From Bacteroidales bacterium UBA3754 (GTDB lineage: Bacteria; Bacteroidota; Bacteroidia; Bacteroidales; UBA1715), in the NCBI GenBank assembly GCA_002371705.1, contig DFGI01000096.1, forward strand, positions 9,755-73,754: a stretch of DNA of 64,000 bases. The letters are read 5' to 3'. How positions within the stretch are numbered: the first letter of the stretch is position 1; each line of letters begins with the position of its first letter. The notes under the pieces were generated by a model. It did no database searches and was not told the DNA's origin. It was given only the letters and a program-made list of their open reading frames with translations. Positions 45,293 through 50,919 of the stretch are shown piece after piece. Position numbers and translations under genes: made by a program.

Positions 45293-45320
45293 GTAGAGAC
45301 GCGATTAATCGCGTCTCTAC
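45293..45320. repeat. REP-like perfect 28-nt palindrome GTAGAGACGCGATTAATCGCGTCTCTAC
   Basis: It lies 32 nt upstream of the start codon of the 2083-aa gene. It shares the GTAGAGACG...CGTCTCTAC arms with 38976..39005. Confidence 0.75.
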
Positions 45321-45397
45321 GAAAACGGGTGCAAGATAAAAACATTTTTCGTTACAAGGCACCAACGCGTTGTGTATTTTTACAGCCCGTTTTTTCT

Positions 45398-45429
45398 GTT
45401 ACTTTCTGTCTACAGCGACAGAAAGTAAC
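45398..45429. repeat. hairpin repeat GTTACTTTCTGTC-TACAGC-GACAGAAAGTAAC
   Basis: 13-bp stem, preceded by TTTTCT and followed by CAAAGA. It is a paralogue of the hairpin at 46509..46538. Confidence 0.7.
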
Positions 45430-45594
45430 CAAAGAACGCCGGCGACGCTGCATTCTCGCTAAAAATCTTCTCTCTCCGCTAAACTCTCGGGGATGGCTCC
45501 TCCCACAAGCCAACGCCGCCAAGCCGAGAATTCTTAACGCTCCGTTCAAAGATTTTCTTAACGCTCACCTGCAAAGTCGCAACGCTATCGTTAC

Positions 45595-45724
45595 GTGAGA
45601 GAAAGAAGAAAGATGATAATTGCTATTGACAACGGGGGAAAATGGTTGTATATTTGCGTCGTTCTTATGTATCAACATAAAGGCGTAAGCCCTGAACCAT
45701 TCGAGCAGCAGCCGATTAAGTTCG
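45595..45724. repeat. 130-bp conserved block, copy 1 (3' flank of nuclease-like paralogue A)
   Basis: Differs from 46728..46857 at 5 positions in my hand alignment. Confidence 0.85.
45626..45656 (+). promoter_or_regulatory. near-consensus promoter TTGACA-17nt-TATATTTG, copy 1
   Basis: TTGACA lies at 45626..45631 and TATATTTG at 45649..45656. It fits both the sigma70 -35/-10 pair and the Bacteroidetes TAnnTTTG box. Confidence 0.5.
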
Positions 45725-45786
45725 TGCGAATCTTTGGCTACGGCAAGAAGATTCAAAAAAAGGATTCTTTAGAATCCTTTTTTTAT
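45663..45786 (+). ncRNA. candidate ~125-nt small transcript convergent with paralogue A (predicted, boundaries approximate)
   Basis: Bounded by the promoter at 45626..45656 and the terminator at 45754..45786. There is no conserved ORF. Confidence 0.3.
45754..45786. terminator. bidirectional intrinsic terminator (A7-AGGATTCT/AGAATCCT-T7) overlapping the stop codon of paralogue A
   Basis: The stem lies at 45761..45778, flanked by an A-run and a T-run. Confidence 0.6.
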
Positions 45787-46475
45787 TTACGTTTATTCCA
45801 GAGTTTCAGGAACGTGTTCTCAAAATCGTTTGCCAATGCGGCATCTCTATCAATAACTATCAAACGTTTTCCTTTAAACAGAAACAAATATTGTAAAGAA
45901 CTGTTAGATTCAAATCCACATTGAATTTCTTTCTTTAAATAGCGGGCATTTTTTGTTCCAATGATGTCAATCACAAGTCTGTTGGACTGCTCACAACCTT
46001 TCTCAATCAGATGGTCGAGGGAATTTTTGCCGTCGAGGGTTTTGCCTTCCACATAGTAGAGTTTGTTATTCTGTCGCAGGACAAAATCCGCACTTTTCGT
46101 TGATGTGGGATTCGACAGCAGAAAGACATCGAACTTGTTTACCACGAGTTTCTGGGCAATTACAAGATTCTTGGGCATTTCGCCAGAAAGAAGAATGTCG
46201 TCGTACTGGCTGATGTTCAAGCCATAGACGGCATTTTCGGGTGTTGAATACCGTTTTAACACCTGAAACTCAGGGTTTTCCACTATCCATTGCAAAACGG
46301 AGACTTTTTCCTTATTCGTCGGGCATGCGTAATAATCCTTGATTGCCTTGTTGATTGACGTGCCCGCATACGGCGGTTTTTCGGTCGGCCTATACTCGCC
46401 AACCGACTCTGCCACAATATTATCTTGAATGGAATCCTCACTGTTTGGATTCTCATACGTTACGACTATTTCCAT
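45783..46475 (-). CDS. hypothetical protein with PD-(D/E)xK-like D-x12-E-x-K motif, paralogue A (230 aa)
   Basis: The internal ATG at 46475 gives MEIVVTYENPNSEDS, matching paralogue B. The upstream 25 codons of the listed ORF run through a hairpin repeat. The motif is SADFVLRQNNKLYYVEGKTL. Confidence 0.7.
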   Translation of the reverse strand: MEIVVTYENPNSEDSIQDNIVAESVGEYRPTEKPPYAGTSINKAIKDYYACPTNKEKVSVLQWIVENPEFQVLKRYSTPENAVYGLNISQYDDILLSGEMPKNLVIAQKLVVNKFDVFLLSNPTSTKSADFVLRQNNKLYYVEGKTLDGKNSLDHLIEKGCEQSNRLVIDIIGTKNARYLKKEIQCGFESNSSLQYLFLFKGKRLIVIDRDAALANDFENTFLKLWNKRK

Positions 46476-46479
46476 AGGG

Positions 46480-46487
46480 CAAAGATA
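46480..46487 (-). promoter_or_regulatory. -7 box TATCTTTG only 4 nt upstream of the paralogue A start codon (leaderless or very short leader)
   Basis: The minus strand reads TATCTTTGCCCTATG. The same arrangement occurs at 47608..47615. Confidence 0.35.
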
Positions 46488-46508
46488 TGGAAATAATGCG
46501 GATTTTCT

Positions 46509-46538
46509 GTTACTTTTTCTCTTGAAAGAAAAAGTAAC
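46509..46538. repeat. hairpin repeat GTTACTTTTTCT-CTTGAA-AGAAAAAGTAAC
   Basis: 12-bp stem, preceded by TTTTCT and followed by CAAAAA. Confidence 0.7.
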
Positions 46539-46727
46539 CAAAAAGTTCAAGACGGACCCGCTCGGCTAAAAATCAACTGCGTTCTGCTAAAGGCGTTGAA
46601 GTGCCGCACTATCGTATGACACAGGGTATCGTTACAAGGCACCAACGCCTTTTACGCTGCACTTCGTTGATTTTTTTCACGCCTCTCGGCTCAGTCGGAG
46701 GATCGTGCTGACAGAGATTTTTGTTTA

Positions 46728-46857
46728 GTGAGAGAAAGAAGAAAGATGATAATTGCTATTGACAACAGGGAAAAATGGTTGTATATTTGCGTCGTTCTTA
46801 TGTATCAACATAAAGGCGTAAGCCCTGAACCATTCGAGCAGCCACCGATTAAATTCG
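46728..46857. repeat. 130-bp conserved block, copy 2 (3' flank of nuclease-like paralogue B)
   Basis: See 45595..45724. Confidence 0.85.
46759..46789 (+). promoter_or_regulatory. near-consensus promoter TTGACA-17nt-TATATTTG, copy 2
   Basis: TTGACA lies at 46759..46764 and TATATTTG at 46782..46789. Confidence 0.5.
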
Positions 46858-46925
46858 GGAAATCTGCCACTACGGTGAAGCAAGATTATTAAAGGGAGGT
46901 CTAACTCCCTTTATTTATTTTTATT
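46796..46925 (+). ncRNA. candidate ~130-nt small transcript convergent with paralogue B (predicted; alternatively the 30-codon sORF 46800..46892)
   Basis: Bounded by the promoter at 46759..46789 and the stem-loop plus T-rich tract at 46891..46925. Confidence 0.3.
46891..46925 (+). terminator. intrinsic terminator AAAGGGAG-GTCTAA-CTCCCTTT + T-rich tail, overlapping the stop codon of paralogue B
   Basis: 8-bp stem followed by ATTTATTTTTATT on the plus strand. The minus strand has only a weak T-run. Confidence 0.5.
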
Positions 46926-47603
46926 CCATACCGTTTTGAATGACTTTAAAAATGTTTTTGCCACAAACATCTTCTTTGATACTTGTATCAACCGAGATCC
47001 TTTCAGCAAAAAGATTTCTTGTAGCACTGGATAAGACTCGAAAGCATTTTTTATTTCTTTCATTATATAATTCGTTTTCGTGGTTCCAATTATATCTATT
47101 ACAAGTCTATTTGACTGTTCGCAACCTTTCTCAATCAGATGGTCGAGGGAATTTTTACCGTCGAGGGTTTTGCCTTCCACATAGTATAGTTTATTATTCT
47201 GCCGCAGCACAAAATCCGCACTTTTCGTGGATGTGGGATTCGACAGCAGAAAGACATCGAACTTGTTTGCCACAAGTTTCTGGGCAATTACAAGATTCAT
47301 GGGCATTTCGCCAGAAATAAGAATGTCGTCGTACTGGCTGATGTTCAAGCCATAGACGGCATTTTCGGCTGTTGAATACCGTTTTAACACCTGAAACTCA
47401 GGGTTTTCCACTATCCATTGCAGGACGGAGACTTTTTCCTTGTTCGTCGGGCACGCATAGTAATCCTTGATTGCCTTGTTGATTGACGTGCCCGCATACG
47501 GTGGTTTTTCGGTCGGCCTATACTCGGCAACCGGTTCTGCCACAATATTATCTTGAATGGAATCCTCACTGTTTGGATTCTCATACGTTACGACTATTTC
47601 CAT
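46911..47603 (-). CDS. hypothetical protein with PD-(D/E)xK-like D-x12-E-x-K motif, paralogue B (230 aa)
   Basis: Same length as paralogue A. The N-terminal ~174 aa are nearly identical, and the C-terminal 56 aa match at 23/56. Confidence 0.75.
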   Translation of the reverse strand: MEIVVTYENPNSEDSIQDNIVAEPVAEYRPTEKPPYAGTSINKAIKDYYACPTNKEKVSVLQWIVENPEFQVLKRYSTAENAVYGLNISQYDDILISGEMPMNLVIAQKLVANKFDVFLLSNPTSTKSADFVLRQNNKLYYVEGKTLDGKNSLDHLIEKGCEQSNRLVIDIIGTTKTNYIMKEIKNAFESYPVLQEIFLLKGSRLIQVSKKMFVAKTFLKSFKTVWNKNK

Positions 47604-47607
47604 AGGG

Positions 47608-47615
47608 CAAAGATA
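47608..47615 (-). promoter_or_regulatory. -7 box TATCTTTG 4 nt upstream of the paralogue B start codon
   Basis: The minus strand reads TATCTTTGCCCTATG. An ATTG lies 20 nt upstream of the box. Confidence 0.35.
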
Positions 47616-47753
47616 TGGAAATAATGAGAAATGCTCAATGCGGAATTATGAAAATAAAGAGATTCCTCACTACGCTACGCTTCGTTCGGAATTACGGCCG
47701 AAGGGAAGAATCTCTTCAAAAAAAGGTGGAGTTTTTATTGAGAAAGGTAAAAA

Positions 47754-48185
47754 CTACTTTTTCTCCACCGTCAGTTTTATACTTTCACGGCTGGAAATCA
47801 CAACAGTCTCACCTTTATGAATTTCATCGGAAGAAAGTGCTTCCCATTTGGAACCTTTGAATTCCACTTCGCCACGACCATTGGTGAAATCGGTAAGCGC
47901 AACGGCTGTTTTGCCTATATATTCATCGGCAAGTTCATCACCACTTTCCTTTGAATTGTTGAAGAATCGATTTCGGAGCATTTTTCTGAAAACCAGCAAC
48001 AAAACCACCGAACTTACCACAAACACAATAAGTTGACCTTCAATTTGTAGCGAAGGGAAAATCCAAGCGGCTATGCCCGTAAGCAACGCGCCACATCCGA
48101 AAAACAGCACGATAAGTCCCGGCAGGATAAGCTCCAATGCCAATCCAATCACGCCGCACAACAACCAAATGGTAACTACGCTCAT
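47754..48185 (-). CDS. NfeD family membrane protein
   Basis: 143 aa with N-terminal TM helices followed by an OB-like soluble domain (GKTAVALTDFTNGRGEVEFKGSKWEALS...GETVVI). Confidence 0.75.
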   Translation of the reverse strand: MSVVTIWLLCGVIGLALELILPGLIVLFFGCGALLTGIAAWIFPSLQIEGQLIVFVVSSVVLLLVFRKMLRNRFFNNSKESGDELADEYIGKTAVALTDFTNGRGEVEFKGSKWEALSSDEIHKGETVVISSRESIKLTVEKK

Positions 48186-49048
48186 TATCGAATCATTTGT
48201 TCAATTGGACACACAAGAATGCCTTCGGCACCAGCTTCGCGGACTTTCTCAATAATATCCCAGAAGTCGTCTTCGTTTATCACCGAATGAACCGAGCTCC
48301 AGCCTTCTTCCTTGAGCGGCATAACCGTCGGGCTTTTCATACCCGGAAGTAATGCAGTAACTTTGTCGATAGCCGAATTTGGCACGTTCATCAAAATATA
48401 TTTGTTGCTCGAAGCGGCTTTCACAGCCTCAATGCGGAGCATCCATTTATCAAGAATTGCTTGTTTTTCGGCAGACAGATGTTTGTTTCCGATAAGAGCT
48501 GCTTCTGATTTATAAATAGTCTCAACTTCCTTCAAACCATTGCTGAGCAACGTTCCGCCTGTGCTTACAATATCGCAGATTGCGTCGGTCAAACCGATAG
48601 TAGGAGCAATTTCTACAGAACCGCTGATTTCGTGAATTTCGGCTTTCACATTGTTTGCGTCAAGGAATTGTTGCAAAATTCGTGGATACGAAGTCGCAAT
48701 GCGTTTCCCTTCCAAACTATGTATATCGGTGTAATCAAATGCGTTAGGAACTGCGATTGACAAACGGCATCCCGAAAATCCAAGTTTTTTGATGATGTTC
48801 ACATCTTCGTTTTGCTCGTCGATTTCGTTCATTCCCAAAATACCAAAATCAGCGACACCGTCGGCCACGTAGCCAGGAATATCGTCGTCGCGGAGGAAAA
48901 GAATTTCCATCGGGAAATTGAACGCCTGCGTTTTCAAACGGCTTGAGTTAGAAATGAATTTAATGCCACAGTTCTTGAGCAGCTCGATAGTTTTTTCGCT
49001 CAATCTGCCACTTTTTTGAATCGCTAATTTGATTACTTCTTGTTCCAT
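48185..49048 (-). CDS. hisG: ATP phosphoribosyltransferase (long form)
   Basis: 287 aa beginning LAIQKSGRLSEKTIELL, with a DIVSTGGTL motif and a C-terminal regulatory domain. The stop overlaps the nfeD start (TAATG). Confidence 0.85.
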   Translation of the reverse strand: MEQEVIKLAIQKSGRLSEKTIELLKNCGIKFISNSSRLKTQAFNFPMEILFLRDDDIPGYVADGVADFGILGMNEIDEQNEDVNIIKKLGFSGCRLSIAVPNAFDYTDIHSLEGKRIATSYPRILQQFLDANNVKAEIHEISGSVEIAPTIGLTDAICDIVSTGGTLLSNGLKEVETIYKSEAALIGNKHLSAEKQAILDKWMLRIEAVKAASSNKYILMNVPNSAIDKVTALLPGMKSPTVMPLKEEGWSSVHSVINEDDFWDIIEKVREAGAEGILVCPIEQMIR

Positions 49049-49119
49049 ATTTTTATCTTTTCAAAAAAAAAGGCCTGCCTGAAGCAAACCTTTTTATGTC
49101 TTCAGTTATTTTCCGAGAA

Positions 49120-49143
49120 TTATATTGAATGATGATGAATCAT
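49120..49143 (-). promoter_or_regulatory. candidate His-rich leader sORF MIHHHSI* upstream of hisG
   Basis: The minus strand reads ATG ATT CAT CAT CAT TCA ATA TAA, ending 71 nt upstream of the hisG ATG. Confidence 0.35.
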
Positions 49144-49160
49144 TTTCGTTTTTGTTTGCA

Positions 49161-49168
49161 CAAAATTA
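49161..49168 (-). promoter_or_regulatory. -7 promoter box TAATTTTG upstream of the His-codon sORF and hisG
   Basis: The minus strand reads TAATTTTG, ending 17 nt upstream of the sORF ATG. Confidence 0.4.
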
Positions 49169-49207
49169 TAAAAAATAGTTAGATTACAATTTTGAGGACG
49201 AAAAATT

Positions 49208-50059
49208 TTACAAAAGCAGTATTTGTTTCTCGAAAAAATAATATGGTTTTCCAACAGCGCCAAAACCTTCGTAAAATCGTCGCACGCCGTCAATTTCCGA
49301 TCCCTCAAAATCAAGAATCATATTTGAGCCAGCATATTTACGAATCAGTGTGTCAATTAATAAGAACATTGCAGAATATTTCTTGCCCAATACTGAACTT
49401 GCAGGGAACAAATAATACAATCGGGACTTTGTTTTCAAAAAAATAGCGACGGCATATTTCTCTTCTCCACGACGAACTTCATAAACTTCACTTTCACAAG
49501 CGTTTACCAAGGTTCTTATTTGTTTCTCGTGTTGAGTATAGTTTTTTTGTTCATCCATCGTAAAGAAAAATTGCAACACAGAGTCAACACTGTTTGTTTG
49601 CACGCATTCCAAATTGTTTTCCTGTGCTTTTTTACAATTACGGCGAGCATTTTCAGAATACGCAGAAACCAAATCGGCGTATGATTTTGACAAATCGAGA
49701 GTGTAATTCCATCGTTGTTTTTCCGAGCCAAACAACGGCATTGACAAATTAATCCGTATGCTTTTGAATTTGAGAATTTCTGTACGGAACAAATTTAATT
49801 CATTCGGCAACAACGACCGTTGAGAATATATGCTGTATTGTTGCGAAAAAATTGGTTGAACAAGATATTTCAAACATACTTTTCTTTTCACCGGCAACGG
49901 CATCACCGCTTCGTAATCGTTGAGAATCAAGCCATGCCAATCGGGACAGACAATAGTAAGAAACGTTGAGAGAGCATACACATCAGCACAATGAGAACAT
50001 TGCACCAACGCGTCCCATTTTTGTTTATCAATTGCGCTATTGTGTAATCTGCGAATCAC
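49208..50059 (-). CDS. GNAT/FemAB-like acetyltransferase-fold protein (tentative)
   Basis: 283 aa. The N-terminal ...IDKQKWDALV... segment and overall layout recall BioF2-like/FemAB-type acyltransferases. Recognition is weak. Confidence 0.4.
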   Translation of the reverse strand: MIRRLHNSAIDKQKWDALVQCSHCADVYALSTFLTIVCPDWHGLILNDYEAVMPLPVKRKVCLKYLVQPIFSQQYSIYSQRSLLPNELNLFRTEILKFKSIRINLSMPLFGSEKQRWNYTLDLSKSYADLVSAYSENARRNCKKAQENNLECVQTNSVDSVLQFFFTMDEQKNYTQHEKQIRTLVNACESEVYEVRRGEEKYAVAIFLKTKSRLYYLFPASSVLGKKYSAMFLLIDTLIRKYAGSNMILDFEGSEIDGVRRFYEGFGAVGKPYYFFEKQILLL

Positions 50060-50424
50060 CGTTTTCTATCACGTTTTTTAGCAGCCCGTTTGCTTTTGAG
50101 CGGCGGTTTATGATGATTATACGCTTCAGATTTCTTTTTATCCTTTTTCATTTTTTTACGCGTCTTTTTGTCCTGAATTTCTTTGTGATGTTTTCTATAT
50201 TCTTTATCCTTTCGATTTTCACGGTGACGCATCATCCGCTGCTGTTCCTTGTCGCTTGGCTGGCTTTGCATTATCTGCGTTTCCATCCGTACTTCCTCTT
50301 CCAACTCCTCGTCATATTCCGCTGCGTCATCTTTCGGGATAAACGCCTTTTTTCTTCCCCCTTGTGCTTCCGCAACCGACCACGACAGCACAACTAAACT
50401 TACAATAAGAATTAATCGTTTCAT
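50056..50424 (-). CDS. secreted Lys/Arg/Glu-rich low-complexity protein
   Basis: 122 aa with signal peptide MKRLILIVSLVVLSWSVAEA. The stop overlaps the next start (ATGA). Confidence 0.5.
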   Translation of the reverse strand: MKRLILIVSLVVLSWSVAEAQGGRKKAFIPKDDAAEYDEELEEEVRMETQIMQSQPSDKEQQRMMRHRENRKDKEYRKHHKEIQDKKTRKKMKKDKKKSEAYNHHKPPLKSKRAAKKRDRKR

Positions 50425-50463
50425 ATAAATTTATATTTTTACAAAGGTAAAAATTTGGTTGAG

Positions 50464-50919
50464 ATGCATAGCAAAAAATACATTTTTGGGCTGATTATTT
50501 GTGTTTTATTGACGAATTCCTGCAAAAAGCACGACAATCCTGTGCCTGTCACAAGTCTTACATATACAATTTACAATATCGAAAGCGATCCACGTTATGA
50601 AAGTCTGCGAACGCCCGACGGTTCAGCAATATTGGAATGTGGGACGCTTTGCGCTGGCTATAATTGCAACGGAGTGATTATTTACCGCCAGAAAACCGCT
50701 GGTTCCGTTGACGATTTCCGAGCTTTTGACCGCACGTGTACGCACGAGGCAAATGCCTGTGCAATGGAGATTGATAAAAACTGGTCTTTTATTTTGAAGT
50801 GTCCGTGTTGTGGTTCGGAATTCAATATGAATGGCGGATATATGGAAAAAGGACCCGCAGAGTATCCGCTACGGGAATTCAATTGTGATTTTTACAATGG
50901 AGATTTGCGAATCTACTAA
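50464..50919 (+). CDS. Rieske-like lipoprotein with variant cluster motif (C-x-H ... C-x-x-C)
   Basis: The ATG at 50464 gives MHSKKYIFGLIICVLLTNSCKK (lipobox). The motif is CTHEANAC...KCPCCGSEF. Confidence 0.55.
   Translation: MHSKKYIFGLIICVLLTNSCKKHDNPVPVTSLTYTIYNIESDPRYESLRTPDGSAILECGTLCAGYNCNGVIIYRQKTAGSVDDFRAFDRTCTHEANACAMEIDKNWSFILKCPCCGSEFNMNGGYMEKGPAEYPLREFNCDFYNGDLRIY

Noticed and set aside
45155-45756. ORFs 45155..45598 (+), 45352..45549 (-) and 45565..45756 (-) in the spacer upstream of the 2083-aa gene
   Set aside because: They run through palindromic REP-like repeats and the conserved 130-bp block. The corresponding frames are not preserved in the second copy (46551..46910), where they have stops or lack a start. 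The differences between copies show no synonymous bias.
46940-47320. A 126-aa plus-strand ORF inside paralogue B
   Set aside because: It is antisense to a well-supported gene and has no equivalent intact ORF in paralogue A.
38903-47753. Calling the nfeD-SPFH intervening block a mobile element, integrative island or prophage
   Set aside because: No integrase, transposase, conjugation or phage genes are present, and I found no flanking direct repeats. I report it only as an accessory insertion.
45261-47753. A retron, DGR or type III toxin-antitoxin explanation for the conserved non-coding blocks
   Set aside because: No reverse transcriptase gene is present. No template or variable repeat pair was seen beyond the tandem duplication. 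There are no short tandem RNA repeats upstream of the genes on the same strand.
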